A DNA stretch of 61,622 bases, counting the filler, from Vezdaea acicularis (lineage: Eukaryota): assembly GCA_026025075.1 (NCBI GenBank). It is 3 parts of 3 records of this genome, joined end to end, with 100 filler letters (N's around TTAATTAATTAA, not from the genome) between each part and the next. Parts side by side here need not be neighbours in the genome. Positions count along the whole stretch, not along the records: positions 1 to 20,561 come from JAPEUI010000196.1; positions 20,662 to 41,179 come from JAPEUI010000197.1; 1 more part is not named here. The stretch is one strand, 5' to 3'. The notes beneath the pieces were generated by a model, which made no database searches, had not been told where the DNA came from, and saw only the letters and a program-made list of their open reading frames with translations. The position numbers were made by a program, and so were the translations under genes. How positions within the stretch are numbered: position 1 is the first letter of the stretch; every line of letters begins with the position of its first letter. Positions 11,001-22,147 of this stretch are shown in pieces.

Positions 11001-12022
11001 CGGTTTGCTCCTTGTAATTGCAGTAAATGAATGCTATTCCATTGTTGGTGCGATCGAATTCTGTTTGTATGTGATCTATTGCAGTTGCCCTAGCAAGAAG
11101 CTCAAAATTAGATCGGGCGGTCTTGGCAGATAAGGGGGGTGGAAGCATACGCAATGACAGTTTTCCCAGCGCCAGCTATCAACATCTGGTGAGCAGGTAT
11201 CAAGACAACACAACTCCAAAGCCTCGGGACCTACGTATTCCTGGACACCAAAGAACTTTGTTTGCTCGCCTAACCCATCGTTGAAAGTGCTCAGACTTTA
11301 AAAACCACTCGCAAGTGCTTGCTTGATGACTGCTTAGAACAGCAAGATGAGTCTGGTGAAAGTCCAATCGAGAAATCCAATCTGCGATAAGAAGCCGATG
11401 ACCCGTGATGGCAATTTCATTTTGGTCTGAATCGAAGTTACTGTCAGCGATTGGATGTACAAAGGTGCCCTTGATGGTTTCATCTCACCTAGACGTATTT
11501 CCGAAATGTCCTCTGCAATCTCAAGAACTCGTTGATCCGTTTTTCGAGAAAGCGCACTACAAACGCTTAGTCTATATATACACGGAATCGGGGCATTTGG
11601 TGAACGAACAATTGGTCGTTCTGCAAAGAAAGACTGATTTGCGCATGGATATGATGGATCTTGGACAGCATGATATCGGTCTCCTTTTTATCCAGCGTCC
11701 AGACCAAGGCTCGGCCAAGTCTTTGGATTCTACCAGCGCCGGGTGGTTGGAGCTTCTCTGCTAATCGTTCCATGAGCTTTTTGAACTGGTCCAAAGATCC
11801 ATTTTCCACGGCAAGTGATCGGATACCGTGAAGCCACGGATCCGTTGCCTTTGATTCTTCAACTCGGTATCGTAGACTCGTAAGTAGTGGCAAGATGCTG
11901 GTCACCTCGATGTCAAGATCTCGGCGGGCGGCAGGCGCATCTTTGACATCCCCCAGATATTGGACAGCCTTGCTGGTAGCATGTATAATTTGGATAATGC
12001 TGGCGGCTAAGCCGACCTCCAT
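8071..12022 (-). CDS. Fungal NLR-like protein: HeLo-like/SesA N-terminal domain, NACHT, ankyrin repeats
   Basis: N-terminus MEVGLAASIIQIIHATSKAVQYLGDVKDAP..RALVWTLDKKE. The P-loop WCPGIPGAGKT assembles across short introns; Walker B FIVIDALDEC; LMFTSRPH; EGM|FLLARLHMDS. About 17 ANK repeats. Five canonical introns; the gene appears intact. Confidence 0.92.
8096..9710 (-). repeat. Near-identical 99-bp ankyrin-coding tandem repeats (about 16 copies; two are 105 bp)
   Basis: Unit GxTALxxAAxGGHEAVVRLLLEKGADxEAxxxx; the DNA core cagcagccgcaccacggcctcgtgccct recurs almost unchanged. Confidence 0.95.
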
Positions 12023-13331
12023 CAAGAAACGCTGTGGCTTCGACGATGTTGTGCAATGGCAGAGATGTTGCTGATATGCTTGACCAAGATAACGGTAAGA
12101 GTGGACGAAGTATCAGAGATGTAGAGAAGACGTTCGAATGCTGGACTCGAAGTTATAGCCCCGCAGCAGAGCAGCCTTGTCCTGTAAATAAGGCTTAGAG
12201 TGTACAGGACAAGGCTGACACAGCTGGCCAGCAAAAGGTTGTCTAGATGCAGCTTCTGATAGGACTATCCTGATCGGTCGTATGCAGCGCTGTCTGAAGA
12301 AGGCATCGACGGCCGTGGTGGAAGAGATGGAGGGAGAAGCTTGGGCTATGAGCACTCAACCGCCGCATCGAGCCAAATTGGATCATCGAAGCAGCAATAG
12401 AGCCGGAGACTTTGTTGTCTCAGTGGTACCTTTAGTCTACATACGTCTTGTTGCAAACACAAGAGACAGAAGCCTCGCCCACGTCTCTCCCCCCAAGTTC
12501 AGCCAGAGGTCTCCTACGTTTTCTGGGGCCGAGTTCCGAGCTCAGTATTATTGCAGCCCCTTTGCAAGCCGAGGTGAACTTGGGGAGAATGGGGCCGTAG
12601 CCTGCCGCCTGCAGCAAGTGGTCTGAAGTGCTTTGCGACGCACTTGCAGTTGGATCCCTCCCCAGGCTGCTGGTCCATCGCAGTGCCCATAGCATCTCGA
12701 CTCGTGGATAAGACCTTTGACCCCCGATGCCCATCCGGTCACATGATATAAGCCCGCAGGAGGCATAGCTTCTTACTTCTAGCAACGGCATTTGAATGCT
12801 TTGCATCAAGAGAGGGAGAATGCTTTTGATAAGCTATTGATTCGTGAGGATCTACTCGCCGGTGTTTATCCATGGCAAGGTCACCTGACTTGGCTCGGTG
12901 ATCGCATGGCCGCAGTACGCGTTCTCACTTCTCACTTGATAAATATTTAGTCAGTGGTGTTTGCCCTCTCATCCATCAACAAAACTACAGCATAGTACTC
13001 AGCCTCTTTGCCTCGGACTCTCTTTTCAAGACCTTCATCTTTCATCCTTACGATCTATTCCATCATACGCAGCACATCCCTCGGTAGCGCTGACTAACCG
13101 AGACGAGAGCCTCGAAAAAACATTTGGTGTCCGACTACCTGAAAACGCCCCCATTGCCGCGCAGGCAGGAACAGCAACTCCGACCCCTCATCGATGGCAT
13201 AGTCGCATGCCTGCGATCAGAAGGGGTAGATCCACGGCGCCCATGCAGTAAGTGAGTAAGCTCCCTTTCAACAACCGAAGGGGCAGGGCTACAACGCCAA
13301 AAAGATCTCTGAACACCATCTATCTCCCTGA

Positions 13332-14451
13332 TCATTGGATCGGATCACCAGCCGCATCCTCTGTGCTCGACCACGTCTGCTGCTGCAGTCCCGCCGAGAA
13401 GCCGGACGTATCGTAGTTGTTCCCATCACTATATCCCCCACCTCCTCCCCCACCGCCGTTTCCGCCGTTTATCACCTGATTAGCTAGATTAGCGGCTTTG
13501 GCGGCGCCCGAGAGCATTTTGAGAAAACTGGTGCTGGAGCTGGATTTGCCTCGCGCTTGGGGACGGGTTGATGCTGGTGCCGGAGCTGGTGCGGGTAGCA
13601 TGTTTGGTAGACTGTTAGTGATGTCGTCGAAGTTCTTGTCGTGGCCGTCTGGCATTAAGCCTTCGCTGGAGCCGTTCTTTCTGACGAGCATGAATAGGGG
13701 GTCGCCGGGGGTGCCGCTGGAGGCGACGGAGTTGAAGGTGGAGAGAGAGAGGTACTGTTGCGAGCACTTGTTAGTGATTGAAGGGATGAAGAGGATACAG
13801 CTGTATCGACGACGGTGGTCCAGGAGGGTGGCTATGGAAGGTACAGCTTACATGGATTTCAGCAAAACTTTTCATGTTCGCAAGGAGTTCTTCCAGCCTC
13901 GTGTACTTGTCGCTTATGTTCCGCAAGCCAGACCCATCCGTGTTGACGACGACGTATGAATTGTCGACGCCCAGAGCGACGAGTTTGGTTCCAGCGGTCT
14001 TGGAGCTGCGCAAGCGGACTGCAAGGGGTTCTGGAATGCCGCACCATTGCATCTTGTTCTTGTCTTTGACAACATAGCTGCTGTTGGGCCCCAGGGTGAT
14101 CATCGTGGTGGGGATGTCATGTTCCACAAAGCCCTTGGCGTTGACAGAGAGATGTTTCTCCAGGGGAGCGGGGAGGCCGTGGTTCATGCAGTAGAGTTTG
14201 TTGTCGGCGTCTTTATAGCCGATATAGTAGGATTCGGCGGGACCGAGGGCTAGTTCGTAAACGTCCTTAATGGGCGGCTGCTTTGTGAAGAGTCTATCGA
14301 TGGCGACTGGGAGGTTATTTCTGTTGTTTCTTGTGTTAGTCCCTTCGCGTGGTCAGGAAATTGGGGGAATCCGAACGGACCTAGCCCATTTAGATGGGCA
14401 ATTCAATAGATAGCTGTTCTGAGGCCCGAAGGCAAAGCATACATTCGACAT
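13332..14451 (-). CDS. Uncharacterised ~320-aa protein with four 'LGPxxSY' repeats and a Gly/Asn/Gln-rich tail
   Basis: Exons 14451-14381, 14320-13852 and 13754-13332 join in frame with canonical splice sites. Repeats: FAFGPQNSYLL, LALGPAESYYI, ITLGPNSSYVV, VALGVDNSYVV. Confidence 0.8.
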
Positions 14452-16258
14452 GACCGAAGACGAGGGACCACCCTCTCAATAACACGTAGGATAGTGGGAC
14501 GGAGATCCTCTCCTCTAAGTGTGTTGTGTGTGACTTGTACAGGAAGTATGGCAAAGACCCAACGGAAGCGGAGGAAGGAGGCAAGACCATATGATAAAGC
14601 TCCGTTTAAAGTCCAGCCCCTCCCTCCTTAACTCTTCCCACTGTTCCCACCGCCTAGCGCACTGAGCGTCCGAGTTGACAAGGCTGAGCGGCATCAAGAG
14701 ACATAACTACATCGTATAGCGCAGGCTCTATTTCGCTTAGCTGCTGTCTAGATAGGCTTGATTTGGTTAGCGGTCGATAAGGGAGACACTAGTGAGCCGG
14801 AGTTAGCTAACGTTCCATATTGAGTTTAGAGGATGAATGCTCTCGAGTAATAGAGCGATTCTAGAACGCGGCGCAGTGTGGGTCGCCTACTACGTACTAC
14901 TTTACATGTCCAGCTCGGCTTCGCTTGCTCCGCTGAACGTAGTTTTGGACGCTATGAAGATGAGCCACCTCCGTAGCGGTACTCTTTACCCCCCTTATAC
15001 AAGGCGCAAATTGAACAATGCCCGAGCACTAGGGTTTTCGAGACGACCACCAGACCTGAATATTTTCTCGACGCGTTTACCTGTCAGGCATTTTGGCAGA
15101 TGCAGACAGACACTCGTCTTTTAAATGAAGGAAGGCTTTGGTCCACGAAGCTATGAGTCCATAGGTGGCTTGAACGCCAGTCAGTATGGATTGGTAGATA
15201 CTTCTGTTACATTATCTCATGGGGCGGCGATGATTGTAATGACTGATAACGTGTGTCCGTGATGATGGAGTCCTTCGTCATCTTCTTTAGCACACGCATC
15301 TTAACTCGTCTTGAGCCTTTTCATCCGCGTTATCGTTCAAAGCTCTCCTTTTTGCTTGTCAAAGACTAAAGACGGAGGGTGTCCGATACGTGGAACTGGG
15401 TTCCTACGTTAAATGTTGTGTTTGAATTTGTGGAATGCTCAGGGATTTCCAGCAACGATTGACGAAGAGTTGGCGATGTCGCAGGTATCGCAGCAGTCCA
15501 GCCTGCTTCTGCCTGGAGATGACATCGCATAGTGTCGGGGCTTGCATGAAAGAATAGTAGTAGCTCGCACAGGGATATTGCGGGGGACTGCTGTGGTGTG
15601 CAACAGGAGAGGAGCGGTTGCAAGATGTTTGAGGCTTATATGAATGCTGTGAGGGCAATGGTTTGAAGCTATTCAAGAAGGATCTTCGCTCTTTGCGACC
15701 ACAGAAAAGATCAAATGGGCTGGTCTTCCTGAGAAAAGTGAATATCAGGCCACATGCGACTCGCACAATTTTCTGTTGCACGTATCACATCGAATGGCTA
15801 TTTTGCTGAGACGGGTTGCCAAAAAATGAAGTTCCGAGAATTTGCCAGATACCATCCTAAGTAGGGAGAAATTTTTTACTGCTGCATTTAATAATCTGTT
15901 TTGTTATAGAGCTTGATAGGCCTGTATATTTTAGGCAGCATAATGGGCTACAAGAGAATTTGCAAGCGCATAACTATTGGAAACAGATAGATAATCCTAT
16001 ATCTATTGTTTCTACATAAATCTGGTCCTGCTTTGGCACGGAACAATATATCTCGACTGTAAAAAGAATCCTGTGGGAGAGAAAAACAACGAGGGCAGCT
16101 CAAGCCAAGACCGAGGAAGCCATTTCAGGCTCCCACTTACTGCACTCCTGCATTGCCCCATAGTGCTCTCTTAGTGCTTCCCCTTGCTCCCTCCTTACTC
16201 CTTGCTGCTCCTTTTATGGCAGCTCTACTCCTTTTGTTGGTTAGAAAGGGCAATTACC

Positions 16259-16533
16259 AATCCTAAGTTCGTGGTATATATAATATATATATATACAGTG
16301 GGGAGTCAAAAGTGCTATACATTTACAAGACCGCTAATATATGGTGTAACAACCAGGAATCAAGAACTGCCTGCAATCAATGAGGCATTTATTCAATTGA
16401 TATATCGAAGACTTCCTCAGGTAATCTGTGAGCTGGTTTCTTACGAATGGATTTGTTGATCGCTGTGATTAGGGCATGATCAATGATCTCCCACTGTATA
16501 TATATGTATTATATACAACCCAAACTTAGAATT
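16259..16533. mobile_element. MITE-like fold-back element: ~44-bp imperfect inverted repeats with TA|CAGTGGG...CCCACTG|TA core
   Basis: AATCCTAAGTTCGTGGTATATATAATATATATATATACAGTGGG matches the reverse complement of 16490-16533 at 38 of 44 positions. The inner element is 16296-16496. CAGTG ends with TA flanks are typical of Tc1/mariner. Confidence 0.55.
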
Positions 16534-17616
16534 AGAGACTGCCGCCTGAGACATTATCCAGGTGAAAAGGGAGTCGGAACTGGAGGATTTGGGCGCCGTT
16601 TTTGGATGCTCTTCCACGCCCGCAGTGCTGCTGGGCGGTTCTATGATTGCGCTGTACCTGCCGCCTTAACGATCGCTTAATTCCGCGGGCCCGGATAGAA
16701 TGCAGAGAATCTAAGAACATAGCGTCACGCTGCTTTATAGGCCTTTTCCTCGTGCAATAATACGCAAGAAGCACAAGTCACAACCGGCGCTTTTCACGGC
16801 GCTTTTCATGTTTGAATTAAATTAGACTAAGATCGGTCCGAGCGAAGTGAAGCTATTCGTAGTGCTAGCAGGATATCAAGGAAACGGGCGCGTTGTTGGG
16901 CGTCTGAAGCTTGCTGCATAGTCGAGGCCTAAGACGCGACACAGGCGTTGAAGTGGTCTGCGCAGAAAAGCCGGTCTAAAAGAGCAGGCGAAATTGAGCG
17001 CTAGGACGTGCTAAAGCGCTTAGCTTCTCTGCATTCTATCTGCGACCTGTAGAGCGTAATAACTCGTGTTTGGAAGAGGTATCTTTAAACTTGATGCTCC
17101 ACGGAGTATTGATTCGATGTGAATTGACTGTAAGCAATTCGGAGCACAACCAAGTAGTTTTGGGGGAGAGAGTGAAGGAAAGAGAGCGATAAATATAATG
17201 AAAGCAAGTCGATTGGCTGAAGGAGAGGAGAGGAGATGAATTGAGGAGTAGGCATTAGAAGACCGGAAAGGAGAAGCTGAAGAGCATCGATTCCCTATTG
17301 CTTCGGTCCTTGAGAGCTCGTGAAATCCATTTAGGAACAACCCTAGCATAGATGGCTAGTCGCCTAGCGTACCGGATCGAGCGGGGGGTAAACCTTGTTG
17401 GGCGGTTCGGCGACAATAATATTACAGCGATAAGGCTGACGATAACGCAACTCGGCTTACAACGGCAAGGCTGAGCACTGCCTTCCAAAAGGAATATCCA
17501 TCGTACCAGTCATTATGGGTAGAATGTAGTCATATCACATTTGCCCATGTTCAGCACCACTTCTTCGACACTTTCAGCTTTCTGATAGGCCTTGTCCGTG
17601 AGACTCGGCTAGCAGG

Positions 17617-20561
17617 ATGTCGAAGCTTGTTGATCGATTTCGTGGTAGAAGGAGCAAGGACAATCGTGCAAACGCTTCAAGCACACAGGTGGAAACATCC
17701 CCGCCAGACTCAGCAGAGATTAGATCAACCACGCCAGTGCAAACCACTAAACCCCCGGTATCGCGGGAGCACATAGGGCTCTTTGAGCTGTCAAAGGATG
17801 GTAGTGAGGGCAAGACTGTCGATGTCGTGGCAGTTCATGGACTCCAGGGCCATCCATACAAGACATGGGAGCATGAGAATGGTCATATATGGCTACAGGA
17901 CTCTCTCACTAAAGATATCTCCTTTGCCCGGATCATGACCTTTGGCTACGAATCGACTGTCGCTTTCAGTAAATCCGTGGCTAGGATCGACGACAAGGCA
18001 TTAGATCTTCTCAATCGGCTGAGTTCAAAGCGGCTTGCTTTGAAAGATTGCAGCTCCAGAGGCAGACCGATTATTTTTATATGCCACAGCTTGGGAGGTA
18101 TCGTGGTGAAAAAGGCTCTAATCCTTGCCCATGAGCGTTCTTCCGACCCATTTTTCAAAGATATCCTCGACAATACCAAGGCGATTGCCTTCTTAGGTGT
18201 CCCACATAAGGGATCCGACAGTGCCTGGTGGGCAAACTTTGCAGCCAGTGCCTTGAAAGCCGCCAGTATCGGTACCTCGACAAACACTGCTCTTGTGGCA
18301 GACCTTAGAAAAGACTGTTCCACCCTCACCAATATCTCGAAGCAATTTGTCGATAGAACCACGGGCCTGAAACTATATACATTCTTTGAGAGACAGAAGC
18401 TTTTTGGAGTTGTTGTTTGTCACATCTTAAGCCTCCAGCCCCCCCGTGCTCACCATTGCTGACACAATGACTTTATAGGTTGTAGATGAATCATCTGCAC
18501 AGATTGGAGTTCCAAACGAAAAGCTATTTCCAGTCGAAGCAGACCATCGGACAATATGTCATTGCCCATCAGCCGATAGCCAGGAATACCAAGCTACGGG
18601 GGCATGGATTGCAGACTTGACCAGGTCGGTGGTGGAAGAAACTGCTGACATAGTGCCAGATGTACCAGGAAACATGGAGCCATTGCGTTAGTGTACAATA
18701 AGTTGAAAGATCGAGTTGCCGAAATCTAATTCTCGCGACTCTAGAGCAATCAGTCGATGAGTTTCGAGTACCTTTCTACCTATCAAATGCCCCCGAGATC
18801 GACTACTTTACCGGCCGAGAATCCATCATGACGTCAATGGAGCAAACTCTTCTATCGGTCTTTAAAGCACAACGCAAGATAGTCGTACTCCATGGCCTGG
18901 GAGGAATTGGAAAGACCCAGTCGGCCATTCATTTTGCCCGGCAGCACCAGCAAGACTTCACCGCTGTTCTATGGCTCAACGCCAAAGACGAAGACTCCTT
19001 GAGGCAGAGCTTCCAAGAGATTGCCACTCGTCTTCCGAAGGGTGCGGTGCCACAGACAATCCTGGAAGACACCCACAGCACAGCGGGGTTGCAGAGACTG
19101 GTCGAGGCAGTAAAACAGTGGCTTGCTCAACCAGCGAACCAGCAGTGGCTGTTGATCTTTGACAACCACGATAACCCGAAAATCCCACTGAATAAAGACA
19201 AGTTGGCCTATGACATCCGAATGTATTTGCCAAAAGCGTCCCACGGCTCCGTCATTATCACGACACGCTCGGCCAGTTTCAAGATAGGAACAATGTTAGA
19301 AATTACCAAATTGTTGGACAATCAGGACAGTCTTCATATTTTGCTGCGGACTTCTGGCCGTAATGATCTTGGAGAAGGTAGGCATTGCTAGTTGCTTTTT
19401 AGAGTGTAGTATTCCTGCTGACGTTGGAGAAAGAGCCTGATATACAAAAGTTAGTGAAAGAGCTTGATGGGCTGCCCCTTGCCTTGGCCACCGCTGGAAC
19501 CTATCTCAGCCTCGAGTCGGTATCAGTCACTGAGTATTTTGAGCACTATCGCCAGTCATGGTTAGATCTACAGCAGACGAGTCCAGAGCTCTTGTCCTAC
19601 GAAGATCGAACCCTTTACTCCACTTGGAATCTCTCGTACAATCACATACGACAACAAGACGAAGATGTGGCAAATCTCCTACAGCTTTGGGCGTACTTCG
19701 ACAATCAAGACCTGTGGTACGAGCTGTTGGCTCTGAAAACGAACGACACTCCATCGTGGCTTCTTCGCATCACCCGATCAAAAGTGGCTTTCAATGCAGC
19801 CATGCGCAAGCTGTGCGATCATGCACTTATCCACAGCCGGATGACGTCTGGCGGATACGGCATGCATCACTGTGTTCATACTTGGACAGCACACGTTCTA
19901 AATGATCGAATGGAAGATTCCAAGATCAATCTGGCTCTCAATTGTGTTGGATATACCGTACCCGTAACTCCTGAAGCAGGAGATTCGGTCTTACGACAAA
20001 GGTTGTTGCCTCATGCAAATCGATGTATGCATCTTCTTTCGATAAAGAGTCAATTTGAAGCTGCCCCAAGTATCATGATTTCATACGATCTAGGAGCCTT
20101 CCATAACCTGGGCGCACTGTACTCTGATCAAGGTAAGCTGGCTGAGGCGGAAGAGATGTATGTGCGAGCGCTGAAGGGATACGAGAAGGCCTGGGGTCCT
20201 AATCACGCGTCGACGCTCGACACAGTCAACAACCTGGGCAATCTGTACAAGAATCAAGGCAAGCTCGCTGAGGCGGAAGAGATGTATGTGCGAGCGCTGA
20301 AGGGATACGAGAAGGCCTGGGGTCCTGATCACACGTCGACGCTCGATACATTCAACAACCTGGGCGCACTGTACTCTGATCAAGGCAAGCTCGTGGAGGC
20401 GGAAGAGATGTATGTGCGAGCACTGAAGGGAAAGGAGAAGGCCTGGGGTCCTGATCACACGTCGACGCTCGATACATTCAACAACCTGGGCGCACTGTAC
20501 TCTGATCAAGGCAAGCTCGTGGAGGCGGAAGAGATGTATGTGCGAGCACTGAAGGGAAAGG
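17617..20561 (+). CDS. Fungal NLR-like protein: SesB-like alpha/beta hydrolase, NB-ARC, TPR repeats (3' end truncated by gap)
   Basis: VVAVHGLQG, ARIMTFGY, FICHSLGGIVVKKAL (nucleophile elbow), VVDESSA, ADHRTIC; P-loop VLHGLGGIGKTQ; WLLIFDNHD; IITTR; ELDGLPLALATAG; 42-aa TPRs NNLGALYSDQGKLxEAEEMYVRALKG. Three canonical introns near 18415-18478, 18687-18744 and 19378-19432. Confidence 0.92.
20090..20561 (+). repeat. 126-bp TPR-coding tandem repeats (at least 3.7 copies, running into the gap)
   Basis: Unit LDTxNNLGxLYxxQGKLxEAEEMYVRALKGxEKAWGPxHxST; the last two copies are essentially identical in DNA. Confidence 0.9.
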
Positions 20562-20661
20562 NNNNNNNNNNNNNNNNNNNNNNNNNNNNNNNNNNNNNNN
20601 NNNNNTTAATTAATTAANNNNNNNNNNNNNNNNNNNNNNNNNNNNNNNNNNNNNNNNNNNN
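20562..20661. other. Artificial assembly spacer (44N-TTAATTAATTAA-44N)
   Basis: Exactly 100 bp; the central palindromic 12-mer puts stops in all six frames. Confidence 0.95.
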
Positions 20662-21239
20662 CCCCCTCGCTGTGGCACCCGCCTGCGTCCAACTGCGATC
20701 CCGGTGCAGGTCGGCCCGCCCGCGCTAGTCGCACGCCCGCAGATGCGCCGTCCCACTGGTCCGCTCCTCTCGCGCTCCCCTCCGCCCTGGCACCGCGACT
20801 GGCCGGCCGGGGTGGAAACGAGGGAGAAGGGGAAAAAGGGAGAGGGAGCCAATCCCGCCCGCGCGCCGCACACCCCCCCTGATTCGCCGCCCGCCGTCCG
20901 TCTAGCTGCACCGCGAACGAGAAGGGCCTCCCGCCCTTCGCCGCCAACCTCATCCCCTGCCCCGGCCGCGGGCTCCTGTCCCCTCCCCCCCAGATTCTGC
21001 GTCTCCCTAATTAATCTCCCAGACGTATAAGGGTACATGCACCCTCCATCCGCTCTCTTCTTCCTTTCCCTTCCTTAAGCTCTCCATCTTCTTCAAGCTC
21101 CAGGTATCTTTTTTTGCTCAGACTTCGGTCACCACACTCTCTTTAAAGTCCAACTACAGACACTCTCTTTTCACCAACTCAACCTCAATACCTTTCTTCC
21201 ACGAAATCTTTTTTCAGGAAATCCTACCAATCAATCAAA

Positions 21240-22147
21240 ATGAAGTTCACCATCGCCTCCGTTGCCATCATGGCCACCGCTGTCTCCGCCGCCATCTCGG
21301 CCCCGTCTCCTCCCCCGGGCCCCATCCCAGCGACCACCTACTCCACCACGACTGATACCATCACCTCGTGCTCCTCCGGTGTGTCTTGCCCGGCCTCGTC
21401 GACGACCGCGTCGTTCACGACCTCGACCGTCTACACGACCACCCTCCTCACCATCACCAGCTGCGCGCCCACCGTCGTCAGCTGCCCGGCTTCAAGCACC
21501 GTCGTCATCACCTCGACCATCCCGGCCTACACCACCGTCTGCCCGGTCACCGCAACCCAGACCCCGAGCACATCGGTCAGCACCGTCTCCACCAAGTCCG
21601 CGACGACCGTCCCCTCGACCGTCACCATCAGCAGCAGCACCAAACTCACCACCGTGAGCACGTCGACGTTCACCTCCAACTCGACCACCAAGACCTTCAC
21701 CCTGCCCAGCAGCCCCATCACGACTGCCACCACCTGCCCAGTCTGCCCGGCTGCCTCCACCGTGACCGTCACCTTCACTGTCCCGGCCACCACCAGCTCC
21801 GCCATCGTCGTCGTCAGCACCCCTTCTGCACCGGTATCGGTCCCAGTCTCTGCCCCAGTCTCTGCCCCAGTCACATCTGCCATCGTTAGCTCTGTCACTG
21901 TTGCCTCCGCCGGCTGCCCAGGTGGTGCATCGTGCCCAACCTACGCCCCCAGCGGTACCCTCCCAGCCAAGTCCAAGTACGTAATCACCTGAGCATGACT
22001 AGATTATAATATCATTTGATTCCAGTTGGCTAACATACTATCTACAGCGCCACATCGCCCATCCAATTCACTGGCGCTGCTGGCTCCATCACCGGCAGCA
22101 TTGCCACCGCGGCCATCATGGCCGTCGCCGCCTTGATCCTCGCATAA
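21240..22147 (+). CDS. Secreted Ser/Thr-rich, probably GPI-anchored cell-wall protein
   Basis: Signal peptide MKFTIASVAIMATAVSA and repeat TTSTVYTTTLLTITSCAPTVVSCPA..TTVCPVT. Removing intron 21977-22047 gives the C-terminus PIQFTGAAGSITGSIATAAIMAVAALILA (GPI-signal-like). Confidence 0.88.

Noticed and set aside
14700..16250. AT-richer stretch with fragmentary ORFs between the NLRs
   Set aside because: Looks degenerate, but I could not recognise a transposase or other domain in the frames I read.
17617..17800. Possible amyloid signalling motif at the NLR N-termini
   Set aside because: Both NLRs begin with effector domains, and the S/T/P-rich leader here has no G/N/Q pseudo-repeat matching the tail of the 13332-14451 gene.
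20606..20617. TTAATTAATTAA palindrome within N runs (also 41224-41235)
   Set aside because: Identical 100-bp design twice with stops in six frames: a scaffolding linker, not biology.
20662..21230. GC-rich ORFs upstream of the cell-wall gene
   Set aside because: Low-complexity promoter/5'UTR with TATA-like and pyrimidine tracts; the ORFs are a GC artefact.
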